A DNA stretch of 64,000 nucleotides from Lingula anatina (taxonomy: Eukaryota; Animalia; Brachiopoda). The notes beneath the pieces were generated by a model. It saw only the letters and a program-made list of their open reading frames with translations. It did not search any database and was not told where the DNA came from. The position numbers were made by a program, and so were the translations under genes. Location: NCBI GenBank assembly GCA_051362555.1, contig CM120641.1:8246001-8310000 (forward strand). Direction: 5' to 3'. This document shows positions 46,159 through 60,707 of the stretch, in pieces (position 1 is the stretch's first letter; each line of letters begins with the position of its first letter).

Positions 46159-46596
46159 GCTTTGGAGAAATTTAAAAAGTTTGTGAGCAGGGTGAGTGGT
46201 ATGCAGGGTGAGTGGTAGGGTGTCATTTCAGTGAATTTTTTCTTGGTAAGATATTGCTGTTAGCAAGGAGTTACTATAAGCAACTCCTGGCTATTTGTAT
46301 AAAATGTGTATATATACAGAGAGTCGTATGTGCACGTACTATTGTATACATGTGTGAAAAGCTTCTGGTTGACTGATAACAAAAAGATTCATTGTTATCT
46401 GGTCCAGATATTGCCAAGGGCCGTATATTATTATATCTGTTTACCCTATAGTTGGCAAACTTATTCAGTACTTAAATACAGGGCTATTCCACAGTATTTC
46501 CCCTCTATAGCTTTTCATATATTAATATGCAAATCTTTTTCATCTCTTTATATCTCAGATGACAGTACTAGTATTGGTAAGATAAAGAGTGTCTAA

Positions 46597-46811
46597 GGCT
46601 CTGTTCTCACAACTTTTAGATCGATCTATCACCGCGGGGAGTCTCACTAGATTACTGTCAGATAATCCCCCTTAAGTGTCCGTCCCCGCCTACTACAAGC
46701 TTTAAGGGGTAATTAACTTTCGTGTCCGCCCGGCTGACAGCTATTTAGCGTGAACCCCCAGGGGGTTAGGTCGATCCAATGTAGGTCGATCTAATCTATG
46801 AGAATGGGGTG
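46597..46811. mobile_element. Degenerate Harbinger-like MITE
   Basis: Imperfect inverted termini (TTCTCA...TAGATCGATCTA versus TAGGTCGATCTA...TGAGAA), TAA on both flanks, CpG-rich interior. Confidence 0.4.
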
Positions 46812-47248
46812 TAAAAGTTTTCGGGCGAGAAAATATTTTGGACTCTGAGTGGAGGGTTGAAATGCTGTGGAATAGACCTGCAACATGCATATTGCATGTC
46901 AATTCAAGCATAATTTTAGCATAAAATTTATGAAACCATATCAGTGATGCATTGTGGTATGTATTGTTATTACTCAAACAGTTTGATTTCCTTTATAATT
47001 ACCAAATGTACACTGAATGACAAGAATATAAGAAACACAGCTTTTCATATTGATCCTGTTTTTATGTAATTTTATGCAATGCACTTGTCCTAACTGTCAT
47101 AGCCAACTCATCTGAACAGATATGAAATCTGCACTTTTAACTATAAAATGAATCACTCAATCAAAAGAAAATAATCATCAAATCCAATTGTTTCTTGATT
47201 ACCATCAATTTGTGTTATTCCTGCAACCCAACGAATGGTACTTTCAGA

Positions 47249-47965
47249 ATGTTAACCCCAGAGGAAAGTGATGATGAAACTGTGTTTGGATTATCAGATG
47301 ATCTTGAAGGTGGGTGATACAATGATTGCTGGTAATTACCCACAAATTTCAAACACCATGTATTCCTTTTATTTCTGTTTTTCATGATATTTAGCTTTTT
47401 GTCATTCACAAATTAAAGCAAACCTGATTTTGCTATCAACGGTTTGATTAAACTTATTAGTAAGACTTTCAGTTGTCTATGTTGAGATGTTATCAAAATA
47501 TTCTTTATATGATGTGAGATGAATAAAATAAATTTTTCTTTAAATTAAGTGAGTAATTGCTGTAACATTGATCCTCATTCACATTGAAATGCATAAAGGT
47601 GATTACAAGCAAAGATAATCGAAAACTTACAAGCAAAATATTGCATTTTTTTCTCTTCACTATTGCAATATAGTGATAGGTTCTGTATGAGAGTGGATAT
47701 CTGATATTTTGTAAAGGATACAGTACCTTTATTTATAAGTGGGGGAAAATATGCAGAGTGGCATTTTTATTAGAATGTCCATATATTGGGCAAATATGTC
47801 GTATATCATGATAGTAGCTTGTATGAGGACAAAACATATCAAGAATAAAGAAACCATTTGATTGATATCTGTTTTCTAGCAACTAATCTCTTAAATAAAG
47901 AGTGCAAGACTGAAGACAACATGAGCAAGAATAACAAAATGAAGAAAATAAAGGTAGGATATACC

Positions 47966-48033
<68 letters not shown>

Positions 48034-51000
48034 AAAACGAACAAGGTTAATCTGTTCTCTCCATTATAATTTACATAAGTCCCTACAGCTGTTTCGGTCC
48101 AGAGGCCTCGTCATGGACGCAAACAGAACAAAATATATATATTTATTATTTACAATTTATGTTTCTTTCAGTCAGTGGTGTTAACCATGGGCCACATGCC
48201 AAATGGCAGTAAAATTGAAATTAAATTTGTCTAAATTAATTCATACACTGGCCACTGTTTTAACATTCGGCCAGTACACACTTGCAACAGCCCTAGTATC
48301 CTCAAGAGGCAAGTAAGTTTCCAGGGCACACTTTTTTAATTGAAATTCGTAAATTTTGAAGTACATCTAGAGTCACAGTGGCATTTTGTTGAGTATTAGT
48401 TGACCTTTTTCATTCTCACTTGTCTTTTAGAAATTGTTGTGCAAGAGTGAGGACTATCCCACCAGCATCTTCTACATTGTCACCATGGAGTTTTGTGAAA
48501 GGTTTTCATACTATGGCATGAAAAGTGAGATTTCAGTGTTTAGGAAAAATATTTCGGTTTCAAAAAAACATTCTTGGCCTAGAATGTGCATAGTATTACT
48601 ATTATATTCTACAGTATATAGGATAGAGAACTTTGTTTTAGATATGAAGAGAAATTAGATATGAAGAGAAATTAGGCAATTTCTCAGTAGATTGTTAAGT
48701 TATTGTTGTCACAGATAAAATATGAACAAAATACATTTAAAGAATTGGTATCAATAGTTTTACTACTAAAAGCTGTATAACAAAATAAATAAGTATAACT
48801 TAAACTGTATAGATTTTAAAAAGATAAACATTCATACAAAACCTTGCACTTTTCAGCAATTTTGGTGATCTATTTGACCAAAAAACTTCTGTTTGATGAG
48901 AACAGTGCCACTGCCCTGTACCATATCTTTAGCATGCTGTGTTACTTCACCCCTTTATTTGGTGCTATGCTGGCTGATGGATACCTGGGGAAGTTCAAGT
49001 AAGACTCTTGTTTTATTAACTTATCCAAGTTTTCTTTTGGAAGCATTTTTCTCCATTTTTAAGTATTTTAAAGATATAACCAAATATATTCAAGCAATAC
49101 TGGTTTTGATTTGTTTGAGAATTGTATATTTGATTCATTCAACAAAAGGCAATTGAATATATAGTCATACAATTATTACGTTGAACTGTTGTGTACTAAT
49201 TAAACAGCACTTCCATGTAAGGGAAACTGCAGATGTTTGAAATTCTGTTTTGTATTTTATTTGCAGGACAATCCTTTACTTGTCTATAGTATATGGCATA
49301 GGAAATTTAATCATGTCTCTTACTGCATTACCACCTCCAGAAAGGTAAGCTTATATTATACAACACTATGCCAATAATAGAACTTTAATATGGTTCATCA
49401 TAAGTCAACTCACTGCATAATGACAGTGACTTGATCATGCTGACATTAAGAGTACATAGTTTATCTTCTTTTAATGTGCAGTGTACATGTTACAAATATA
49501 TGTATATTTGTTAATTTCTGTTCTAATATTCCTATGACTTCCACTGTTTTAATCCTTTTCAGTGAATGTTATACATCTTGATATTTTCCATTTAAATTAT
49601 ACTTTTAAGTTTTTTTAATGGTGAGTGAATCTTTGTAAAGGCATCCCTCAATAATACTTTAAAACATAGTAATTTTAGCTGCAAGTGCATTTTCTACATT
49701 TTTCTTTATGTTCTGAGTTCTTTGACCTGACAGTGTCTATGATGATTATTTTAGAAAGCTGTGCTCAATACTTCCAATACTGTAGCACACCAGTCTAAGA
49801 AAGAAAAATAAAAAGAAACAAGAGATTCATATTTATATTTTCTGTTTTAGTATTGGTCCCTCAGTGGGGCTCTTACTTATTGGTATTGGTACGGGAGGAA
49901 TTAAGCCATGTGTTTCTTCATTTGGTGGGGACCAATTCCTAGCTAACCAGGTACAGTGAACATAGCGGGGCAATTTTAGATTTTTCTAATTTTTCATTTC
50001 TGGTTATTGTCATTTTTGTTATATGCTTTCTATATTGGTTGTCAAATTAGTGCTGTTGCTTTCATTAAGTTTTAGATTAAGTTCAATACTAATAAAACCT
50101 AACATCAGTCAGGTTTTATGTGTGGTGTATTTTCATATAGTAGTGCATAATAATTTTTGGTGCCAGTTCTGTGCAGTATTATTTTTTGTATTGGATTTTT
50201 TTTCCTGTTGTTCCAGGCCCATCTTGTGGCTAGCTACTTCTCACTGTTCTACTTTGCTATCAATGCTGGAAGCCTCATCTCCACCTTCATTACACCAGTG
50301 CTCAGAGGTGAGCTGGTCTGCTGAGACACATAACTTAAACTGAGTTGTTTTTCATTAAATAAGTTCAAGTTAATTCTTCTAATGCTCAGCAGATTTTGCT
50401 TTTTATGTCAATGGAATTGTTTTAAGGTAAATTTCCCTTCTGAGTTGGTTATGCTCACACCATCTCATTATACAGATACAGGTAGATGTGCAGACAGCAA
50501 ACTAAAAACCTATCTATCCAAATAACAGACATGGAAACAAAAATCAATGTAACACCTTTGGTTTTTGATTGATGCTAGTTAAATTTACTGTTCACATGGC
50601 AGTGACTGTGATATGGTAGTGGTATCCAACTGTGTGTTCAAATCCATTGTTTTTATGTAGAAAATATAAGATACATAAGTCTTTAGTGAATTAAAGAAAT
50701 GAATAAGCAGCATTGAAGAGGAAAGCTTTCAAAAGGAATAATTTGAACCAATAACTGAATGACTTTTATGATTATAAGATTTAATTGATGACTTTATATC
50801 ATAGAATAATATATTTTTTCAGCTGACGTCCACTGCCTTGGAGCCAATGATTGTTATCTCTTGGCCTTTGGTATGCCTGCAGCACTGATGATCGTAGCTT
50901 TATGTGAGTAGTAGGCTTAAAACAGCTTATCTTTCTGAGAGCTTTATGAAGCTACTACTTTGAAGATCATTGTAAATATTACATTTCACAGTGTGATGGG

Positions 51001-52104
51001 TTTTCCCTGTATGTGACATTTTTTGACTTATAACCTATAGTGTGTTTGTTGTAGAAGAATAGAATGTTGTTCTTAGTACTAAAATGAATGGCGTGTAATA
51101 TGAGACTATTGATTATAATATAGTTAAAGTGTTTCTTATATATGCGTAGGAGACAACACAAAGCACAGTCAAAGGTAAATATGATAACTGCGTATTAAAA
51201 TGATACACATCATTTCACATATTAAACCATTTGTCATGTCTTTTGTTGTAGTGGTTTTTGTTTGTGGAAAGTCTTCTTATAAGATCAACCCACCTACTGG
51301 TAACCTTCTGGGAAAAGTTTTCAAATGTATTGGGGTGAGTTTGTAAAGACACATAAAACCTCTCATCATTCCTTCACAGCATGTAATGGATCTGCTAATG
51401 TTTTCTTTAAAAAATTACAATGATAACTATTTGATAAAAAATTTACAAGTATTTTAGAAGTATTGACTGTTCTTTGGTGTTAGATCTTGTGAAATGTCAT
51501 ATCTGTTAATTTATCTTTATCATAATTCACAGTCAGCTTCATTGATAAGTAAGTGCTCACTGAAGAAGGGAACTTAACAATTCAAGCTGAATGATTAAAT
51601 TTGGATTGATATATGATATCTGTTAACAACATTATGGTATTGACTGTGGAATTTACTGTTTCAGAGAGCAATCAAAAATAAATTTAGCAGACAAAATAAG
51701 TTTGAAATGCGGGACCATTGGTTAGACTACGCAGATGATGTCTATGAAGTAAGCAATGCACGCTCGCGCAAGCACACACACACACATTTACAAATGATAT
51801 TTTCTGTTTCACTTTAGTATGATGAGGTCAATTTGTTATATGTGTTTACCAGCTTAAATCCATAAACAATAGCTTGGATATGTGCATTCCATTATTCACA
51901 ATTTTGCACTTTTATTTTTAGAGCAGCTTCATAGAAGATGTGAAAGCAGCATTACATGTGCTGTTTATGTTTCTTCCCTTGCCCATTTTCTGGTCTCTTT
52001 TTGACCAGCAGGGGTCAAGATGGACTCTACAGGCAGAGAAAATGGATGGACAGGTAAATATTTCAAGGACAAGCTGATTATCATTCACAAATAAATAATA
52101 ATAA

Positions 52105-52163
<59 letters not shown>

Positions 52164-52239
52164 AAGGTAAAATTTTTTATATTAACTTTCAAAAGGGATT
52201 TAGTTTTTTTCTCCTTTATGTTTTTGATTTCCGTTTATT

Positions 52240-52281
<42 letters not shown>

Positions 52282-55200
52282 GAAAAGCATGCTTGCATGC
52301 ATTTTAAATTACAGATAATTTTACTCATTGCAGCACCTTATATTGTTTTTTTTTTTTTTTTTCATTTAAGATTGTTGGATCATGGATTCTCAAACCAGAT
52401 CAGATGCAGGTAATAAGTTACTATGGCCCCATTCAGAATTGGAGATCCAAGGGTCAAACATGACGACCCACTACAAAGCTTGCTGTCTAACCTGCTAATA
52501 GACACTGAATAGATATCCCGTGGGGAAGCATTCAAGTGGGTTGGTCATATTTGAACCTGGACAAGTTAGTCCACTGTTCTGAATGAATGCAGCCTATGGT
52601 CAAATCATTTATACATAAGCTCTTTAATTTGAATAAAACCTTGTGCTCATACCAGTAGCAATATTTGCTGGAAATAAGTCAATGAATAGCTCAAAATATT
52701 GTCAGTTTTGTCAGTGATACTATTTGATTTACTATGGATATTAGTGTCAGCCATCTTGGATTGTAAATGGGCACATGATCACAGCTTGTTAGATATCCAT
52801 GTATTTATTTTGAACATCTTTCTCTTCAGGTGATAAATCCAGTGCTTATTATACTGCTCATTCCATTTTTTGAAACTCTTGTTTATCCTTGTCTGGACAA
52901 GTGTAAAATTCCAAACAGGTAATGAAGACCAAGTCACAATGTAAACAGTGAGACAAATTAATGGTGAATAATCACAAGTTTTAAAGAAAATTCCAGCAGA
53001 CCAATTTTCATAGTAAAACATCTCAGCTACTGGCAAAAACATACTTTTTGACCAAATTCTTTTTGTATCACCTTGAGTATTTACTACCAAATAATTTTCA
53101 AAAATAAATCAGTAGTTGCATGCTTATTAAGTAATAATGGAATAGGTAAGCTTTTATAGAAATGTTTTTATACATCATTGCATTTCAATCAACTATTTTT
53201 CGGCTATTTCACAATCAGACGTACACTTTCAAAATTGAGCATGTTACATTGCCTCTAAGTATTATCAAAACCAATCTAGTGCCCACCCTTTGTCCAATCT
53301 GGAAGATGGCACTAAGTCGGAGCAATCAAAATTTTTTTTTTGAAAATCGGACATAGATTGGCAAAAATATACTTATTTGAATCCCCTAAATACAGCTGTT
53401 TTTAGTTGTTACGAAGGGTCACTGAAGTTGTGTAATAATTTCAGGTAGTGGATATGTAATTTGGTATTGTAATTTATTGCATTTAGTTTGACTAAAGATA
53501 TCAGTTGTGAGGTATAATGTTGTTTGAAAATCAGTTGGACATAATATAGTGTAACATATGAGACAAAAGCCATTGAATGTTAAAAGGGAGCTCTGTTACG
53601 GATTTTTCTGTTTTTAACATAGTTGATTTCAAGGAGCCCCTGAAAGGAAATATTATGCTTGACAATAACTTTTCTTCAGTAAAATGTGTTTTTAAAGGTA
53701 TTTCAATACATTAAAAAAATTACTGTGTCCAAATCCATGTTTAGTTGAAAATTCCAACAATCCAAAATTGAAATCACATCTTAACACAAAATTTTGTAGC
53801 GTCCGTCCCCCCTGTAGCTTAAGGATAGCAGTTAATCTTTTTTTAAATCCACACTCAGGCACTTATGCATTTCACTACCCATGATAAAATAATATACCTA
53901 AAAGGCCAGTAGTAAGACACACTGTGGACATACCATTTGATTAGTGGTCAAATGTAGCGTCCGTCCCCACCTGTAGCGCCCGTCCCCAATTTGTATTTTT
54001 CGCTTTATTAAGGATACACATGCTGAAATGGATTTTAATTAAGTATATTTTGTAAATACTCATTATAATCTGTCTAATGTAGGCCAAGGTTGTCACTGAC
54101 GCTTTGGTGCATTACTTGTAATGAATAAATGGATACATTTAAAACAATGTTATAATATGAAACAATGTTGTTGTTTTTGCTGCTGTGAAACAACACTCGT
54201 GTACTTTTAAATTGCTACATGTATGAGACGAAGTGACATCACTTGGTTATAGTTTGGACTAAAAAGCTACAGTATATTTTATCCAAGGTAATAGGTTGTA
54301 ATTTGTGCATTTGAGCTTGGAACAATGATGGAGCAACATTTATGTTTTTATTGTTGGTGGGGATGGGTAAACTTAGTCAATGTACAAAAAGAAATGCCAT
54401 GGAAATGGAAGGCATAAGTGAAAGTGCTTTGAAAAAAAAAAGAAAACAATGAGAAGAACTCAAGAAAGATCCCGAACGTTTGAAAACTGCCAGAGAGAAG
54501 GACAGACTTAGAAAGAAAAAAGAAAGAGAAAAGAAGAGACTTTACTTAATGAATCACCCAATATAAGCAAAAGCTGAAAGAGGAAAGGAAACTAATAGAA
54601 TGAGAAAACATAGAGAGAAAATCTGAGAACAAACAAAGATCAGTGCTTTATCAGAAGCAGCTAAAGCAAGAGAGAGAAGGAAAAAAATACTTTCAGCCCA
54701 AAGAGAAAGAAACAGAAAGATGAAACTCAGTGAAGCTAAAAAGAAACAGGTCTTGAGGGGTAAAGCATGGAGACTAAGGGTTCAGTTACAAGATAAAACA
54801 CCACAAGGTAAAGACTCAAGCCCGTTTTCATCTTTCTCCACCTTGAAACAAGCAAAGAATGCCCTTCCGAGGTCACCGAGAAGAAAAGCTAAAATTGTAG
54901 AAAGGCTAATAAGATCTCCTAGAGTACACAGCATATTAGAACAGAAAGGAATTATAGCAAGCAAGGAAACAAGCAGAAAGTTGGAGATGGGGGAGACCCT
55001 TATTCAAAGTATGTCAGAGAATTTGTAATACTGTCAGAAAATATCTCTGGATACACTCCTGTTATTGATTTGTAAATGTGTTGTTGAACTGTTTGTATTC
55101 ATTTTAATACAGTTAATGTTTTGGAATGGGGATATAAAAATGACATGTTTTGGTGTAGCGTCCGTCCCTCAGTGTATTACGTACCAAGTCATGAAATTTT

Positions 55201-58200
55201 GGCACTCTTAACATGTTTTAGGTATTTTATTATGTGTCATTCTTATGGTCAAGTCTTTGTTATATCAAAATAAGAGATTTCAAATCATTGATGGAATCCC
55301 CTGATTTGATCTTAATCACACAACATTTTATTTTTATTTGCAAAAGAAATGAGGCCATGCTCATGCAACCGTACATTTTGGGAAAAAATAGCTCACAGTT
55401 GATTGAAATTTTGAGGTTTTCATTGCAAGTACAATTCATGTGTATAAAATTATGCTTATTAAAATAATTATTTTCCAATTATTATGTTTTATTCATCACG
55501 TGAATGTAATTGACTTGTAAAAATGTAGCGTCCGTCCCCAGTGTGAGACCATCCAGTCATTTTAGTGTCAAACAAAAACAAAGAGAAACGGTGCAAAAAC
55601 ATTTGAAGGGATTATGCCCAAGATCTATACTAATGTCCTACTGATATTCAAACCTCTGTTTGGTGAAGTTCATATTTGGTCGAAAATGGACCACAAAGTG
55701 TACATCTGATTGTGAAATAGCCGTTTGAGAAATGCTTTATTTCTCGAAAAACTGTGCAAACATTTATTAACGAAAGTCATTCAGGCAAATGATAAATTGT
55801 TCCAAAAGATTTTAAAATATGGAAATGGTAATGCTCCAGGCCACTCCAGAGGATGTGTATGGGGATGCTCTTTGCCGGATGTGCCTTCATTATAGCAGGC
55901 TTTGTACAGATCAAGATAGATGTGAGTAAAGGCCTGTAGTCTGTCCATTCCTTTGGTATTTACTTAACTCATGCAAATCATAATAGACAATACTAATGGT
56001 TTGAGCTTCAATTTTATAGTAGGTATTGTACAAATGGAGAAAGATGCATGATGTACCCCCACCCCCAAGCATATGTGTTTGTGTTTAGATATGTGGTGCT
56101 AGAGCAAGTGTGGCTTTTTAAAAAGATTTTTATGTACAGACACAGATGTGTCTGTACATATTGCCATCACCTGCGTCTGTCGTCGCCGATGCCGATGCCG
56201 GTGCCGATGCCGATGCCGTCGCCGTGCACTTTCCTTGTAAACACGATAAGTGGAACACAGTTTTACTTTTTGGCTTTATATTTACAGAGCTGATGAATAT
56301 TCATAAAATGCAGGTCAAGTTCGAAAATCAGCATGATCGGGCCATTATTGTAGAAGTTATGCTGTTTTTTCACTTTTCAGCATATATGCAACACTGTAAA
56401 CACATTTAAAGGAAAACCAATAGGCCTGTTGTCATGAAACTTACAGGAGTACTCAATCTTACTAAAATGCAGGTCAAGTTCGAAAATCGGCATGATCGGG
56501 CCACTATTTTAGTACTTATGCTGTTTTTTCATTTTTCAGCATATATGCAACACTGTAAACACAATATAAGAAAAACAGAAAGACCATTTGTCATTAAACT
56601 CACAGTAGTGGTCAATCTTACTAAAACACAGGTTGAGTTCGAAAATCAGCATAATCGGGCCATTATTTTAGAAGTTATGCTGTTTTTTCAAATTTCCTCA
56701 GATTCAATTCTTAGGCATGTTAACAGTCTCATTATTTAACTAATAAAATACGTAAAAGTGTTTGTTTGACATATCCTGCATCTTTACAACATTGTTAGTT
56801 GATTTTGTAAAAATGATGGTAAACTTGTTATCGTGCATTGTGTAATAAAGTTTCAAAAATGGAAATAAACTCATATCATTTCAGTTTGTCAGATTGAATC
56901 ATTCACTATGTTCAGAATCTCAGACTGGAGGAAATTGGACATTTAACATTATTCTATTGATATTTTTCCTATCTCATCAATTTTCTTAGTTGATCATATA
57001 AAAATGGCAGTAAACTGTTAATTTTGTTTTATGTTAAAAAATTGTTAAAAATGGGAAAACACCCATTTCAGAACAGTGCTGTCTTGTTTACATTTTGGCA
57101 TTTTCAAGGTGTGACTTTGACGTTCCATGGGCCTGAAGACCTTTGCTAGTCACATTTTCTGAATATCCATGATACTAATATTTTATTATTAAAAATTGAT
57201 GGTCATTATGCTGTTAAACATTATGTAATATTGCATCAAAATTTGAAGAAACCCCTATTTTGGGCACTGCTTCCATGATGACCATGTAAGGAAAACCATG
57301 TAACTTACTGTTCTTAAACTTACAGGAAAGAAACACGGGACTAAAATACAGCTTCAGTAAGCAATGCAATCTTTTTGGTAAATTTTTTCTGGCAATTAAA
57401 CAGTTTTTTTTTTTTTTGTGAAAATTTAACTTTTCACATATTGGCATTTTCAAAGTGTGACTTAGAACCTCCACGGGCTTGAAGACCCATGATAGTCACA
57501 TTTTCTGAAAATCCATTATACATATATTTTATTATTAAAAGTTGATGGTCATTATGCTGTTAAGCATTATGTAATATTGCATTAAAATAGAAGAAAACAC
57601 AATTTTTGGTGCTGCTGCCAAGATGACCATTATGGGAAAACCATGTTACTTATGATTGTCAAACTTTCAAAAAAGAAACACAGGACTAAAATGCAGCCTG
57701 AGTTGGAAAAGCAGTCTTATTGGCTTCTTTTTTTGGAAGTTATACATTTTAGTGAAATATTCATTTTTTTCGTGTTGGCATATTCATTGTGGGACTCGGA
57801 GCTCCCATGGACATGAAGCTGAATGGTAATCAAATTTTCTACATGTCCATGCTATTTGTAGTCAATAATCAAAAATTGGTGATAATTATTCTGTAATATA
57901 TTACGTAATGTTATATCAAAATGGACAGAAATTGTTTTGCACTGCTACTACAAAAATTATTAAAAGAAAACTGTGTTACTTCTTATTTTTAACTTACAAG
58001 TATGATTTTTAAGATTGGCATGCAGTTCAAATTAAAAAGCCAGCTCAATTGGGTTGTCATTTATTATTGAATTATACAATTTTGTGTGAAATTTTCATTT
58101 TTCTCATTCTGGCATTTTCAAAGTGTGAACTTGAACTCCCATGGGCCTGAAGCCTTATGCTTGTTACACATTTTACTTACATTGGTATTACCTGTTGAGC

Positions 58201-60629
58201 ATAATAAAAATTTGATGTTGAATTTGTAGTTAAGCATAATGTATTTTTACATCAGAATTGACAGTAGCCTATTTTTTGCATTGTTATTTCCTGCTTTTTG
58301 TCTGTACATTTGACAGCTTTGCTGCCTTGTTTAAATGAATGTATTGAAAAATCCTGACATGCTGTGTTTTCAGAGCACAATAGAGCCTCCTTTAGACCAG
58401 GGTCAGTCTAAGCTCTCCTATATAAATGCCTTGTCCTGCCCTGTCAACATATCTAGTAGCTTTTATAATGGGACCTTGGACTACACACAGGTAAGTTGTT
58501 GAACATCTTTGGAGGAGTCCACATTATACAACTCTGAGAATTTATTAAACATAGTGGGTCTTGCATTCATGTGATATATACCTATTTGCAAGGTACATTA
58601 AGTTTGATTGCAATTGTTTGAAATATCCACCATATTTATAAATACACATAATTCTATGTTTGATGGCAATTTATCCCCACTAAACACATTGAAATATTAC
58701 TGGAGTAGACGTTAATTTAATTTAATTAAATTTTCTCCGTAGGGTGCTGGCCCAATAAAGATAAAGAGTGGCAACTATAGTGTCAAGTTCTCAGCATCTT
58801 GTGCCAGCCCTCAAGAAGTGCAATTTCCCCTGAACCTGCAGAGTCAGAAAGGTTATGAAACGGTGATAGCCAACAATGGAGGGCAACTACAAGCTTCACA
58901 GCTAGATGATCATTTGGATAAACCAAAAAAAGGACAGGCTTTAATAAGGTAAATTTTTACACAGACGCATATAGACAACTGATAACTTGGTTTTTATATG
59001 AGAAATTTACTAGGCTGTAATTTGTAAGTGGTCATAGTGTTATTTGGGAAAAATTATATTGTTGTAATCAGGCAAAATAAAAAAAAAACTTTCATTATGT
59101 TGTCAGTTTCACCGCTTTTCACAAATTGTGAAATGTAAAGTGAACACAGCCATTAATTTTACCACTGTGGAGGGAACAGGTATTTTACTTGTGTATAGGC
59201 ATTAACTCCCCTTTCAAGTTTCCATGATAATCCAGTCTTTACGCACCCTGGATTTCAGAACCTTTTTTGGAAACTCTGCAAACCAAAAATGGTGAGACAG
59301 TGTATGTTTTGTTTAAAATAATCACCTCCAGCATGCGGAAACTTAGAATGGCGTTTATTATGAATACACTATCTACTTTTCCAGCTGTATATATGCATTG
59401 CCATCTTCATCCTCCAATATTACCCTGCATTTACATGAGATAGACAGCAGCCAGAAGAAGTATTCCCTTCCACTCCATCCGTTTGAATCTAGTGGCTATT
59501 TCCTCGTGGAACCAGGGGGGTAAGAACACACAGATAGTTTGTGGCAGGATTTTTTTTAATATTCATATTCACAACATGTGTAAAATGGAAAATTTCTGCT
59601 AAAGGTTAACTTCAGTGTTGCTCAGGTGAAGGCACCTCTTCATGATTGGTACTTGGGCTTTCTTGATATTTTAGTGCCAATGGAAACAAGGTGCTTGTTA
59701 ACCTTACCAAATTATTCTTAGATTAAGATGTGTGTAATTATATGATTGGAATTTGCTATGAGTCTGCATGGTAGTGTGACCAACAATGTCATTATTCCTA
59801 CATAGGTATACTATGATGCTGGTCTATCCCAGCAGCAATGAGAGTAAGCTGATCCCAGAGAAACTGGATGCTAAGATGGGTGGGGTCTACTCCTTGGTGC
59901 TACAGCCAAAGAAAGGGGGAGCAGAGCAAGAGGTATGTTTTGAAAAACAGGGGTGGGTATTTTTTGTGTAGAATTTACTCTTTTTTTATTTGGATATGAC
60001 ATTTTAAAGGAATTTTTTTTGGTTTGTTTAAAATTATAAAAATTGTAGTGAAGATAATATCCTCTGTTCCAGTTTCTGATTAATACACATTGATTGTAGT
60101 TCATACTCTCATAGTAAAGAAAAAATAGGTAAATGTTTTTTAAGAGAGAAGAAAGAAGCATATGTGAAAAATGTTTATGTTTATTGCGTTGTAAATTTTT
60201 TACCATAAAGCTATTTTTTTTTTGCAAATGAAATAGGTCAGGGTCATATGTTTGATCAAATGAGAATAAATAAAGTAGCTAGCAATTTGTATTATATTAT
60301 TAAGTAATGTGTTAAAATGTAGTGTAATATGCATTTATATTATATTATATTATATTATATTATATTATATTATATTATATTATATTATATTATATTATAT
60401 TATATTATATTATATTATATTATATTATATTATATTATATTATATTATATTATATTGTTTGTTTATATGACTGTCTTGCAGCTGGAGCTGACAGAGTATA
60501 TTGATGTTGCCCCCAATTCTGTTCCCATGTATTACCAGATTCCTCAGTATATTGTGATCACAGCAGGAGAGATTCTCTTCTCAATAACTGGACTCTCTTT
60601 TGCATACTCTCAGGTAAGGGTATGCGTAC

Positions 60630-60707
<78 letters not shown>

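Noticed and set aside
54720-55028. 102-aa ORF as a nested host gene or extra SLC15 exon
   Set aside because: It is the last stop-free piece of a decayed ORF inside a TIR element, and SLC15 exons splice in frame across it (52918 to 55840).
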